Counted from the first letter of the whole stretch, positions 26,569 through 41,563 are shown. The stretch: DNA of 63,808 nt, filler included, from Conidiobolus incongruus B7586 (GCA_000697335.1; 40 parts of 40 records of this genome joined end to end with filler, not necessarily neighbours in it); one strand, 5' to 3'. The notes: generated by a model from the letters alone, not told the origin. Numbers and translations: made by a program.

Positions 26569-29500
26569 TATATAATAATATATCATTATCAGAATAAAAC
26601 TATATATTATATTATTATTTTTATTAAATAATTTAAAAAAATTCAAAAATATTTANNNNNNNNNNNNNNNNNNNNNNNNNNNNNNNNNNNNNNNNNNNNT
26701 TAATTAATTAANNNNNNNNNNNNNNNNNNNNNNNNNNNNNNNNNNNNNNNNNNNNTAATTAAAGGTAAAGAATCATAAAATTGATTAATTACTAAAATAT
26801 TTTTAGTTTTTAGTGATTTAATAAGTTAAATCTCTTTAGTATATATAATTTAATCTATAAAATTATTAGTCTATTAAAGCTTTTATAGATTAATATAGAA
26901 TTTACTAACTAATTATAAAATAGGTAATTTTAAGGCTATTTTAATATTATTCACATTTAATTTATAGTTTGTAAATTAAAATTATTGAGAATTAACCTAA
27001 TATAGTTTCTTTAAAGGATATTTATTAAATTTATAGTTAACTTAAATATTTTAACAATAGTAGAAACTTTTATTAACTCTTAAATAAGCTTTAGTTTTTT
27101 TTAAAAATTTTATTATAGAATTTAAAAGCAAAAACATTTATTATTAAAGATTTAAATAGGTTAAAATAAATTTTAACAGATTAATTCTTTAAGTAAAAAA
27201 GTTTATTTATAAAATAAAAAATTTAATTAATTATATTTGCTATATCACAGATATTAAAAAAACATATTATTATAATATTCCCTAATAATTATTTAAAGTT
27301 TTATTTGAGGATTAAAATATTATAATATCTTGTGAACTTATTCTTTTTTAGTGATATTTAATATATTTGAATATATCTCATTAAATCTCTCAATTAATTA
27401 CCTTATAGAAGTTTTTTATTTAAGTTAAAAAAGTTTTTCTCATATTTATTAAATTTAACCTTTTAAGCAATATTTTTTTTAAAAGTTTTTTTTAGTTGTT
27501 TAAAAGCTTATATTTTTATATTAAGTTATCTTTCTAAAGATTTTTTAAGATTAAGCTTATAGTAACTTAACTACCAAATAAAATAGATTTTTCTATAAAA
27601 CAAAAGCTAATCTAAATAAATTCTCAAAATCTTTATTAAAAATTAAATTAAAATAATTCTTTATATTTTTAAAGTAATTTTCAAGCTTATAAAAGTATTA
27701 TAAATTATTATAAATAATTGATTAACTTTAAAAACACAAAAATGATGATTTAATATATAAATATTAGTAAAATAACTAGGTTTTTAAATTTAAGCTTTTT
27801 AAGTTATATTTTTCTTAACCAAAAATTATTTAATATAAGTTCTTTAAAGGGTAATAAGTTTTTAAAAATTAAAATCTTAAATTTACTTAATAATTAAGTT
27901 ATTATCATTATTAATTTAATATAAGGGTATTTTTTTAATGATATTATTATATATAATATATAATATTAAATTTAATTAAAATTAATTACAAATAAAATTT
28001 AAAATAATAATAAATAAAGTTAATATAAATAATTATTAATTTTCTAATAAAANNNNNNNNNNNNNNNNNNNNNNNNNNNNNNNNNNNNNNNNNNNNTTAA
28101 TTAATTAANNNNNNNNNNNNNNNNNNNNNNNNNNNNNNNNNNNNNNNNNNNNTTTATATATTATAGTTATATTAATAAATCTTGATTCAATTTAGTGTGA
28201 TTAATTTCAAATATAAACAACTGGTGTTGAGAATTATTTAAATATTTTCTTCCAAATAACTAATTATAATCCAAATATAATAATATAAATCATTTGGTAG
28301 TCCAAATTTTATTTATATTTGGAATAATTAGAATAATTAAAATTCCATATATAACATTGCTTTTTATTAATTATTTAATAAAAATTACTATTTTTTCATA
28401 GATATTATGTATTATCCATTGCTATATTTATTTATAAATATTGGTATTCAATTTAAAAATATTTAATATTATATTTAATGAATACATAAAATTGAATGAA
28501 GATTCAATTTTTAATATTATTTACAAAAAATAATATTTAATAATTGATTAAAAACAATTTTGATAATATTTTAATAATTTTGATAATTATTTTACTATAA
28601 TAATTTTGATTAAGAAAAATATTATTTTTATTATTTAAATAATTATATTAAAATCAATTATTAAATATACCAATATATAATATAAAATTGTTGATCAGTT
28701 ATTTATTATATTAACTTAATTGATATTTTTAATATATAATTTTATTTAAAATATTTTCGAATTATCAATAAATAATATCAGTAATAATTGAAATTTAGGT
28801 TTAACAGAATATTTAAAAAAATATAGATTTGTAAAATTATATAAATTATCGTATTAAGGACTATTTTTGCAAAGATTATATTGATAAATTCATTTAATAT
28901 CGAGAACCGTTATTATCACTTTATCAACTTTCATCATTTTATACATTTTTAATAAAATTAAATGATATTCTATAGGAAATGAATATTTTACGCTTAAATT
29001 AAAATAAAAATATTATTAAAAAATTTTAATTAATAATATTAAAAGATGGAATTAAATATATTAAAATCGAACTAACATTTATAAAATAATATTTTATTAA
29101 ATATATTTTTATTTTTTTTATTTAGTTTATTATAACTAAATACATATATATATATATATTTTGAAAATTTGATTTTAATTTTATTATAAATAGTTTATTA
29201 AAGTATTTTTCATTATATCACAAATTATATGATTACTTATTAATCTATCTAAATTGTATTTATTCAATTTAAGATAAATATTTTATTGTTTTATTTCACT
29301 CAATAAATAAATACGATTTTGTTTTAAATATTGTTAACTCAAATATATAATTTAAGTTTGAGATATATAATATAAAAGAAAAAATAATATATAAAGTTAA
29401 TATAAATTATCTGATAAAAAATAAATGGAGATTTTTAATACTTCATAACGTCGCTTGAATAAATTTTTCATTTGATAAATATTTGATAACTTATATTATT

Positions 29501-31560
29501 AATAATTAATATTTGAGAAATTTAGATAAATCCAACTATATTCCTTAATAACGAGACTTAGTATATTTGGAAATAAAGAATAAAATTATAATTATATCAT
29601 TTAACTATTTTATATCTTTTATAATATTACTTAAATAATTATTTGGCAAATATAAAAAATTATTAGTGGTATTTCTTCCTCGTAATTATAATGAAATAAT
29701 AATTGAAAAAAATATTAAATCAAATTAAAAAATTATTGAAATTTAAAAGAATTTTATAAAGTTCAGTTTCAATCATTTTTATATCAATGAAATTTTTCAA
29801 ATTACATAAATTTTGATTTATACTGATGATTTTAAATACATTATTTTAAAAAAATATTAAATTATTTATTTTTAACCTGATAAATTATANNNNNNNNNNN
29901 NNNNNNNNNNNNNNNNNNNNNNNNNNNNNNNNNTTAATTAATTAANNNNNNNNNNNNNNNNNNNNNNNNNNNNNNNNNNNNNNNNNNNNAGATCTTTTAA
30001 ACATTAAATATAGTGTTTTACCTGAATTAATGAATTAATTTATTTTAAATTTAAAAATTTAAATATATTTTTTTTATAATTTAATAAATTATAATATATA
30101 ATAATAATAAAATAAATTTTCATTATAATTTTGATTTATTATGAAAATTAGGTAAAAATTATAAATTATATTTTTTGGATTGATATATAGTGAAAAAGAT
30201 ATATTATGATAAATAGAAACTATAAAAATTTCAATTTTATACTATATTACTAAAAAAAGAACATATAATTTTCATTGTATCCTTGCTATTCGATCAATCA
30301 ACTATTGACAAATAATAATTAAAAATTCAATCGATCAATTGATTTATAATGGAAAAAGGTATTTTTATTTTAATTACCATAATTAAGCATATATTTATAT
30401 TTCAATTATGGAATTTAACTCTTATTATAAAGGGATATAATTCATCAAAAATAGGTTAAACACTTGGGATGACTAATAAGGCAATATAATTAATTTATGA
30501 ATCAAAACTGATAATATTATTATTGATATTATGGAAATATTTATATTAACTAAATAATTATTGATCAAATATAGTTATATTTATTAAAATTTTAATAATA
30601 TTTTTGTTAACATTTATTATTAAAATTTTAAAATTTTCAAAATCAAAATTTAATTTTAATGATTTCAAAATTAATAAATATTTAAATAAATTATTTTATT
30701 ATATTATCGATAAATATATATAATATTGGTCAAATTTCAAAGTTAAATTTAAAAATTGAATTGATAATTAAAAAATAAATTTTTCAAATAAAAAACAATT
30801 ATTATTCTCCTTTAATATTATTAACTTTTTTGAATAATTTTGATTGGCTTTCGATACTCAAAAATTATTATTTTTATTAAAAGTTCTTATAAAAAATTTC
30901 AAAAACGAATTCATTTTATTTTCAAGAATATTCCACTAGGAAGTAGATTATTTTATATATCTAAAATAATTATATTCGCTTGAGTTAACATCAGATGAAG
31001 GTATCAGTAATAATAACACTTTCTAGTAATATTTTATATAAATAATCTTTTTTATCTTTAGTTTATATATTTTTTAATTATTATACAAAATAATAGATAA
31101 TTTGATTTATATTTAGAAAACCATTTGGAAATTTTATTATTTAAAAAATTAACAAATAATTTACTGTTAAATGATTTTCTTCAAGATATTAAATAAAAAA
31201 ACCATATATCAATTTAATTTATTATAAAATTAACATTTTTTTATATTCCAAATAATTACTCATCGGAACTTAATTATGAGATCATTTTGGCTTACTCTAA
31301 TAATATATTTTAATTTTAGTTACAATATAATATACAAGAATCTAAAATCATTAATATTAAATATTAATGGTAAAAACCAATATTTTAAGTTATAATTTGA
31401 TAAATTCTAATTAACTATAATTATTCAAGATTTTTTTGAAATTTTTATTATATTATAAAANNNNNNNNNNNNNNNNNNNNNNNNNNNNNNNNNNNNNNNN
31501 NNNNTTAATTAATTAANNNNNNNNNNNNNNNNNNNNNNNNNNNNNNNNNNNNNNNNNNNN

Positions 31561-32775
31561 TATATAAAATATACAAAAGAATAAATATTTTCAAATTATA
31601 TATATATTTAATTTTAATTATTTTTTTTATTAAAATATTTTAATTTTAAAATTTATATTTAAATTTGATTATTTTAAACTAAATAATGATTATCAAAAGG
31701 CTTTTATTTTTATATCTTTAAAACTTACTCATAAACCCTCTATAATTATCTAAAACTTATAAATAGCTTATAAAGATAGTGTTTTATCTAAAACTACCAT
31801 ATATTGTTAGATTTGTGATTTTAATATTAGAAGGGACATTATTCAAAATTTGCTAAAATTTAAGATAAAAATCTAATATTACTTTTTTATTATAAATAAA
31901 ATAAAAAAATATATTAAAAAATAACTTTTTATTATTGATAGAAAGTTATTAAAGTAATTTAATATTAATTATATAAGCATATTATATATATTTAAGTTTA
32001 AACTTAAATTAATTAATAAAAATATAAAATAAATATCTTATAATTTAATAATAACTTAAAAAAAACTAAAGTAGCTATAGTTAAACTAAACTTATTAAGG
32101 TATAACTAAAAATAAAGGTTATTACAATAAATACTTATAATTAATAAATCTTAGATTTTCTTTATATAATCCTTTATTTAAAAATAAAGTAAGATGTTAG
32201 GTTAAGTTAAATTAATTCTTTTTATAAATTTTAATGAATAAGCACTATAAGTATAAGTAAATATTAAATATTATAATAGATTATAATGGTATATAGATCT
32301 TTTATTTAATATTTCAAGAAAAATCAATTAATAATATATTATATATTATTTTTTTAAATAAAACAATTTTTAAATAATATTTTTAATATAAATTAAAAAC
32401 ACCTATTATTTTATATAATAATTATAAAATATATAATATTAAAGCTATAAAAGATTTTTTATATAAAAAAACTAAAGAAAGTAACTATATCTAATATATT
32501 CACTTGATTATAATCTATGTGATTATAATTGTTTTAAACAATTAAAAAAACAGCTTACAAGAAAATATATTCCTGTAAACAAATTAAATTAGTTTGTGAA
32601 ACATTAAATTTCAGTCTTTAATAAAAAGAACTATTTTTTAGATATTAAAAGCTTATTAAAAATATAAAAAAAGTTATTAATAATAAAAGAGGGTATTAAT
32701 TTTATATTATTTATTAATTTATTTGTTTAATTTTAATTTTAAAATTATGCCATTATTTAATTTTTGTATTTATAA
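31561..32775 (+). mobile_element. mariner DD34D transposon, dead; transposase remnant ~31686-32699
   Basis: ATG at 31686. YSLDYNLCDYNCF (YSPDYNPCDY) at ~32495-32535. TIR relic CCATTATTTAA at ~32750. Confidence 0.9.
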
Positions 32776-32982
32776 TTAAATAAATATAATATTAAAATAT
32801 TTTTTAAAAATTTTGAATATTTTTTAAATATTAATCTTGTTAGCTTTGAAAAACAAATTTAATAATATATAATATTTTTAAANNNNNNNNNNNNNNNNNN
32901 NNNNNNNNNNNNNNNNNNNNNNNNNNTTAATTAATTAANNNNNNNNNNNNNNNNNNNNNNNNNNNNNNNNNNNNNNNNNNNN

Positions 32983-34264
32983 TAAAAATATTAATATATA
33001 TATTAATATCTTAAACAATTCTAATTTAAATAAATTTATATTAAATTATGTAATTAATAAAAGTTTTTTATTAATAATATAATATATAAAGTTATATTTA
33101 ATTCATTATTATATGATATATTAAAACTAATAATATATTTAAATTGAGTCATAAATTTGTGAGCTTTAGTATTGATAAAAAAATTAATATCTAATATATC
33201 TATTTTTAACTTTTTAACTTTTTTAAGTTTATAAGGCATAGAGTCAACTAACTTCTTATATTAAGTAAAACTAATATTTTTCCAAGTTCTTTAAATATAC
33301 TCTTAAAATTAATTTAAATTTTTTACTAAGAGGAAAGCTTTAATTGATTTTTTTAATTAATCCTAAAGATATATAATTAGGTTAAAATTAAGAGATTAAA
33401 GAGGCTATTTTATAATAATTATTTTGTTATTTTTAAGCCATTTAATAATAGAATTTATAGTATAGCAAGGGGTAATATATTGTTGGAAAATAATATTTGA
33501 TTTATTTAACCTATATTATTTAATAGATTTTTTCAATTTATTATTTAAAATATCTTAATATATCTCAGCATTAATTCCCCTATTAACCTTATAAGGATAC
33601 CTTATACTTAAAGATAATATATATCCCCATACTATAATTAACCCATTATTGTATTTTTAGGTTATAATAACATAATAGCTATAAAATAGTTTTTTATCTT
33701 TTTTGAAATATCTAGCTTTTTTATTAGATTTATTAAAACATATCTATATTTAATCAGACTAAATAACTTTACTTTAGTTAATTTTAGTTTAACTTTAGTA
33801 TTATGATTCAAACTCCCACCTAGCTTTATAATGGGACTTTTTTAGTTAGAGGTGTTTTTTCTTAAAATATTAGTGATATCTATTTTAATATAAAACACAT
33901 ATAATAGAATTAATATTAATTAATATTCTTATATAGTCTTATAATTATTATTGCACTTTTATAGCAATATTACACTTACCTATACTAACTAATCTATAAA
34001 TATACTTTATATTATATTTATTTATAATCCTAACACACTTAAGTTTTAGTTTAGGTGTTTTTTAATATTGGTTTTAATAACCTTAGCTATAGTAGATTAG
34101 CTAGCACTAGTAATTCTAGCAATTTTATAAATTGATTTATTTTTATTATGAAGTTAATTAATATGTAAATGAACTTTTTTAAAGAGAGATTTAGGTATTA
34201 TAATATTAATTTTAAAATATTAGCTTAATAGTTTTATAATATATATAATATAATAAGAGAAAAA
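32983..34264 (-). mobile_element. Tc1-like transposon, subfamily B, dead; transposase remnant ~33184-34198
   Basis: Colinear with the family. ORF-track entry 33054-33239 begins in its C-terminus (MPYKLKKVKK). Confidence 0.93.
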
Positions 34265-34379
34265 NNNNNNNNNNNNNNNNNNNNNNNNNNNNNNNNNNNN
34301 NNNNNNNNTTAATTAATTAANNNNNNNNNNNNNNNNNNNNNNNNNNNNNNNNNNNNNNNNNNNNAAATATTTTTTAATT

Positions 34380-35230
34380 TAATTAAAAAATTATTAAAAT
34401 AATTGAATATCAAATATATAAATACAATATAAATACTTAATTTTAAACTTAAACTACACAATATATTTATATAATAAATACTTAATAGTTAAAAATAACT
34501 GGGAAATAAGTTAGAATAATCATAGCTAAAAAACCTTATTAAGATATCTCCAAAAGCAAAGGTTATTTGGCTGTATTATAATAATTGATATATTTAAATT
34601 TATTATAAAATTATTTATTTAAAATTATAACAAAGCATTAAGTCCAACTGAAATAACCATTTTTATAAATTCTAATAAATATATATTTATAAGCAAATGT
34701 TAATTGTTATAGAAAATTATTATATAGTATAGTTTCCTTACTTTGTTATTGAAGGTAAATTAATTAATGCTTTATATTGAATGATAAATGAAATAATTTC
34801 TAATTAATATTTTGTTTATAAATTAAAGTTAAAAATCAATATATAAATTAATTGCAAAATATACAAAAATAAAGCGATAGAAGATATTTTATATATAATA
34901 ATCTGAAAAAGGTACCATATTTAATATATTTTTTATATTATAACCCATTTTATAATAATCGCTTTAGGTAATTAAAAAATAAACTTGCAAAAATAGATTC
35001 TAGAAAATAAATTAAATTAATTGAAAAAAAATATTAAATTTCAAGTTTTAATAAGCATAGTAATTTTTTAAATATTGGAATTTTGTTAAAAATATGACAA
35101 AGGGTTATTAATAATGAAAAAAGATATATCCTCTATCATATATGAATTTTTATAAATTATAATTTAATAACTCAGTTTAATTTTGATTTTAAAACTATAT
35201 TATTATTTAATTCCAGAACTAATAAATAAG
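34380..35230 (+). mobile_element. Internally deleted, strongly diverged mariner copy
   Basis: AAACCTTATTAAGATAT...ATAATTGAT, GATTATAATTGCTTT-like and AAAGGGTTATTAATAATGA segments match the family. N-terminal coding part largely missing; many indels. Confidence 0.7.
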
Positions 35231-36430
35231 CATTGATAGTATCAACAAAAATAAAAATATTATTATAAAACTCTGTTGTTTACATTTCTATATGTTTTAG
35301 AATGATTTTAAATGTAATTGGGATTAGCGTCATTGGAAGTCATTTTTTTTCAGATTCAAGTTTTCAAGATTTCATTAGGATAGGTTTATAATAAAATACA
35401 GCACTCAAAGATATTCATTGCCAAAAAAAATTTACATATATTTAAAATATAGAAAATGAAACTACAAATATTAGTTTAGGTTATCAAAATATCATCTATT
35501 AGTATAATAATACCTAATATTATGATTAATATATGTAAAAAATATAATAGAAATATATTAAAGAATTTTAATTAAATAATGGCTAAAAAAACAAAATAGT
35601 TTATATTAATTAATATCAGTCTATCAAATAATAGTGAATTTCAATTTAAAAATATAATATATAAAATTTAATTAAATTTTGAAAAGTTATATCATTATAA
35701 TTCTATTATTAAAATTATTATTTATTAAAATATTAATAAATGTTGTTGATTTTTTTACCAATATATCGATGTTTTGGAGTCTATTATTATTANNNNNNNN
35801 NNNNNNNNNNNNNNNNNNNNNNNNNNNNNNNNNNNNTTAATTAATTAANNNNNNNNNNNNNNNNNNNNNNNNNNNNNNNNNNNNNNNNNNNNTTTAAATT
35901 AATATCTTTTAATCAATTTATTATTATGATATTTAATTTTTTATATCTAATTATTAATGTTTTTATAATTAATTACTAATATTATTTATCATTTTATATT
36001 TTTAATATATTTGAATATGTTTTTTAAGGTTTAATAATATTTTTGATAAAATTAATACTATTGAATATATATTAATATAATATTTATATTTTAATCTTTT
36101 TTAATTAAATTCAAATTTAATTTCTCTTTTAAGTAAAAAAAATAAATAATAAGAAAATATTGTTGATTTATTAAATTAAATAAGATTTTATATAGTTTTA
36201 GTTCTTTATTTTTCTATTCTCTATTATTAATATTTTATTTATTAGATTATTATTAATTTTCAAAATTAATAAAAACTATTAATATAGTACTTGATATTAG
36301 ATTTTTTAAGTAGATTTAGTATTTTTTAATATAATTAAATATGATTTCAGATATAGACAATTATAACTAGGTGTATTATTACTAATATAATTATATATTA
36401 ATATATTTTTTAAATTTTATTAACAATTAA

Positions 36431-36888
36431 TATTACCAGCAAGTATTCTGATAGTCAAGTTACTTCCATGATGTTATTGGATATTGATATCACTTTTGAT
36501 TCACTTATATATAGCAAAGCCTCACTAGTCATCCATAGTTGTTATCTTGATATTAATGAACTTTTACCCCTTGAAGGTGAGTCATAATCTATGAATTACC
36601 ATGGATATATAACCTTAGTTACAACAATCATAATAAAGACATCTTTTTCCATCATAAATCCATTGGATCACCTGAATCTTTAAGCTATTACTTATCAACT
36701 GGTAATTAAGTCAAGAATCAAGATAACATCAAATCTTTGTAATTCTTGGTTAGAAACATTGTTGAAATTTGTGATTTATAAGAAATCCACTTTATTAGTA
36801 CTTATCCCTGCCTTTTGGTATATCCAGCAGGCATAACATTCAACTTTTTACCTAATCCTTGATATTAAGAAACAACTCATCATCAATA
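36431..36888 (-). mobile_element. Solo LTR (458 bp), copy 2
   Basis: TATTACCAGC...CATCATCAATA flanked by TTAA on both sides. Reverse complement of 10148-10605. Confidence 0.87.
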
Positions 36889-37433
36889 TTAATTATGGTT
36901 GCTATTATTATATAGATTTTATCATTATTAATAATATTATAAAGGATAATCAAATCTTTAAATAATACTCTTATTAATATATATAGTATATTTGTTTTTT
37001 AAAATATTTGATTGTTTTTTTATTTTCTTTTGATTATTAATATATTAAATTAAAACATATTCAATTGTCGATATCATTTAAAATATTAATTTATATTTAA
37101 ATATAAACCAAATATCATTCAAATTGAGATTATTGTACTATAATTATCAAACTCAGAATTTCATAATTATTTAATTAATATTAATAAAATCCTAAGTCAT
37201 AATGACAAAATAACTGTAATAATTGTAATAATCTTATTAACAATAGATTTTTCTATTATTAGTATGGAAATTAAGAAATGGCAAATTTTTTAATTTCTGA
37301 TCTTTCAAACATATTATACATTTTGAAAGATTANNNNNNNNNNNNNNNNNNNNNNNNNNNNNNNNNNNNNNNNNNNNTTAATTAATTAANNNNNNNNNNN
37401 NNNNNNNNNNNNNNNNNNNNNNNNNNNNNNNNN

Positions 37434-38708
37434 TAATTATTCAAATATTTTATTAGTATTATATAAAAAAATATATATAAAACAAATAGGAACACAAATA
37501 GTTTTGAATTATATATATATATTTATATAATAATATTTTTGATTAAAAAATTTATTTTGTAAAATTAGTTATTTAATTTAATTATACTTAAATCAAATAA
37601 CAACTATCAAAAGTTTTTTATTTTAGTATTAGTAAAACTTAACCATAAACTCTTTAAATCATTTAAAATTTACAAGTAGCTTTTGGTAATTAAGTATTAT
37701 CTAAATCAATAATTTATTGCTAGATAAATTATTTTATGATTAAATAAGAAATTACCTAAAACTTATTAAAATCTAGAAGATTAATTTTAACTTTTATTTT
37801 TCTAATTATTAATAAAATAAAAAATTACATTAAAAAGCATCTTTTTATTTTAGTTAAAAAACTATCAAGATATTTTAATATTAATCACATAAGTATTTTA
37901 TATATATTAAAGTTAAAACTAAAATTAATTAATAAAAATATAAAATAAGTATTTTATAATTTAATTAAAACTTAAAAAAAGCTAGAATAGCTATTGCTAA
38001 ACAAATCTTACTAAGGTATAACTAGAAAGCAAGGCTTTTATAATAAATTATTATAATTAATGAATATTAGATTCCTTTGAATAATCCTTTGTTAAAACAT
38101 AAATTAAAATGTTGGATTAAGCCAAATCAATCCCTTTTATAAATTCCTTTAGATAAATATTTTATTGACAAGCAAATATTAATTATTATAATAAATTATA
38201 ATAGAATATGCAATTCTTATTTTTTTTAAAGAAAAATCAATTAATAATAAATTTTATATTTTTTTTAAATAAACTTATTTCTAATTAGTATTCATAATAT
38301 AATTTGAGAAAACCTATTATTTTGCATAATAATTGCAAAATATATAAATTTGAAATTATAAAAAACTTTCTAATTAAAAATAACTAAAAAGAACTACCAT
38401 ATCTAGTATATTATTTAGATTATAACTTATGTGATTATAATTGCTTTAAGCAATTAAAAAACTAGCTTGTAGGAAAGAAAATTTCTTAAAAAAACTTAAT
38501 TTGTTTGTAAAGCATTAAATTATAATCTTTAATAAAAAGAACTATTTTTTAGGTGTTAAATCTTTATTAAAAATATAGCAAAAAGTTATTAAAAATAGAG
38601 GAAATTATTAATTTTATATTATATATCTATTTTTACTTTTTATATATTAAAATGTTTATTTTTTTTCAGTTACAAAAAATTCCTATTATTTAAATTACAA
38701 AATAATAA
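37434..38708 (+). mobile_element. mariner DD34D transposon, dead; transposase remnant ~37597-38611
   Basis: CWIKPNQ, ILHNNCKI, ELPYLVY, DYNLCDYNCF, RGNY*. Right TIR AAAATTCCTATTATTTAAATTACAAAATAA. Confidence 0.92.
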
Positions 38709-38812
38709 TTTANNNNNNNNNNNNNNNNNNNNNNNNNNNNNNNNNNNNNNNNNNNNTTAATTAATTAANNNNNNNNNNNNNNNNNNNNNNNNNNNNNNNN
38801 NNNNNNNNNNNN

Positions 38813-40084
38813 ATATTTTTATCAATAACTTTATTAATTCTTAATTAAATTAATTTAAATTAAAATATATAATAGATTTATATTATTTATTTATAATTAA
38901 ATATATTTGATTTAATTATATTAACTTTTAATTAATATATTAAAATTTAAATTTTATCTAAGATAAGTTATAAATTTATTTATTTTGATTATGGAAAGGA
39001 AATTAAAACTTAATTTATCTATCTTTTGCTTTTTTGACTTCCTTAAATATATAGGGTATAGAGCCAATTAAACTCTTATATTAAGAAAAATTAATTTTGT
39101 TTTAAGTTTCTTAAATATATTCTTAAAGCTTATTTAAATTTTTTGTTGGTAGAAAAGTTTTAACTATTTTTTTATCTGATCTTAAAGGTATTTAATTAAA
39201 TTAAGGTTAAGGGATTGAAGAAACCATTTTATAACTATTATTTTATTATATTTAAACTAATTGGCAATAGAAATATTAATATAACAAAGGGTATTATCTA
39301 GTTGGAAAATAATATCTAATTTATTTAATCAATATCATTTAATAGTTTTTTTTAATTTATTATCTAAAATATTCTAGTATATCTTAATATTAATTCCTAT
39401 ATTAATTTTACTAAGATATCTTATATCAAAAGATAATATATATATCCTTAAACTATAAATAGCCTATTATTATATTTTTGAGTTGAAATAACATAATAGT
39501 TATAAAATAACACTTTGTTTTTTTTTGAAATATCTCTATTTTTATTAAATTTATTAAAATATTTTTTTTATAAAACTATATAACTTTACTTTAATTAGTT
39601 TTAGTTCAACTTTAATAATGACATTCAAACTCTTATCTAGCTTTATAATATGATTTTTTTAATTAGGGGTGTTTTTTCTTAAGATATGAATGATATTTAT
39701 TATAATATAGAGTATATATAATAATATTAATATTAATTAATATTCTTATATAGTTTTTTAATTTATTTTGTATTTTTATAGTAATATTATACTTATTTAT
39801 ATTAACTAACCTGTAAATTTACCTTTTATTATATTTATCTAAAATTCTCTTATATTTAAGTTTAAATTTAAATATATCCTTATTATAATATTTAATTGTT
39901 TTAGCTATAATAAACTAATTAACATTAGTAACTCTAATAAATATATAAGTTGATTTAATTTCACTATGGAGTTGATTAATATATAAGTGAATCTTTTTAG
40001 AGAGGGATTTAAGTATTTTAATATTAATATTATTTAATATAATAATTCAAAATAATAATATTAATATATATATATATATAATCT
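38813..40084 (-). mobile_element. Tc1-like transposon, subfamily C, dead; transposase remnant ~39003-40016
   Basis: Colinear with 25177, 40185 and 46028 copies including their distinctive UTRs. Confidence 0.92.
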
Positions 40085-40184
40085 NNNNNNNNNNNNNNNN
40101 NNNNNNNNNNNNNNNNNNNNNNNNNNNNTTAATTAATTAANNNNNNNNNNNNNNNNNNNNNNNNNNNNNNNNNNNNNNNNNNNN

Positions 40185-41463
40185 ATATTAATATTATTAT
40201 TGTAAATTATTATTTTAAATAATATTAATATTAAAATGTTTAAATCCCTCCCTAAAAAGATTCACTTGTGTATTAATTAACTTTATAATAAAAGTAAATT
40301 AACTTGTGAGATTATTGGAATTACTAATGTTAGTTAGTTTACTAAAGTTAAAGCTATTAAAAATTATAGTAAAGATATATCTAAACTTAAACTTAAGTAT
40401 TTTAAGATTATAAATAAATATGATAAAAGGTATATTTATAGGTTAGTTAATATAGGTAAATATAATACTACTATAGAAATATAAAAAGAATTATAAAACT
40501 ATATAAGAATATTAGTTAGTACTAATACTATTATATATACTTTATATTATAATAGATATTACTTATATTTTAAAAAAAACACCTTTAACTAAAGAAGTCC
40601 CATTGTAAAATTAAGCAAGAGTTTAAATGTCACTATTAAAATTAAACTAAAACTAATTAAAATAAGGTTATTTAATCTAATGAAACAAAAATATACTTTA
40701 ATAAATTTGATAGAAAAGCTAGATGATTTAGAAAAAACAAAAAACTATTTTATAACTATTATGTTATTTCAACCTAAAAATATAATAGTAGGTTAATTAT
40801 CATTTAAGTATATATGTAATCTTCTAGTATAAAACATCTTTATAAAGTTGATAAGGGAATTAATATTAAAATATACTAAAATATTCTAAATAATAAATTA
40901 AAAAAACTATTGAATAATATAAGTTAAATAAATTAAATGTTATTTTCTAATAAGATAATACTTCTTGTTATATTATTATTTTTATTACCAAATGGTTTAA
41001 AAATAATAAAATAATAAAATAATAGTTATGAAGTAGTTTTTTTAATCCCCTAACTTTAATCTAATTAAATATCTTTAGGATCAGTTAAAAAAAATAATTA
41101 AAGCTTTTCCATTAGCAAAAAATTTAAATAAGCTTTAAAAATATATTTTAGAAGCTTAGAACAAAATTAATCCTTTTTAATATAAGAAGTTAGTTGACTC
41201 TATAACTTATAAACTTAAAAAAGTTAAGAAAGCAAAAGATAAATATATTAAGTTTTAATTTTCTTTCTATAATTAAAATATATAAATTTATAACTTATCT
41301 TAGACAAAATTTAAACTTTAATATATCAATTAAAAGTTAATATAATTAGATCAAATATACTTAATTATAATTAAATAATATAAGTTTATTATATGCTTTA
41401 ATTTAAATTAATTTGATTAAGAGTTAATAGAGTTATTGATAATAATATATATAAATATAATTT
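40185..41463 (+). mobile_element. Tc1-like transposon, subfamily C, dead; transposase remnant 40236-41258
   Basis: ATG retained: MFKSLPKKIHLCIN. C-terminus ..KF*. Confidence 0.93.
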
Positions 41464-41563
41464 NNNNNNNNNNNNNNNNNNNNNNNNNNNNNNNNNNNNN
41501 NNNNNNNTTAATTAATTAANNNNNNNNNNNNNNNNNNNNNNNNNNNNNNNNNNNNNNNNNNNN

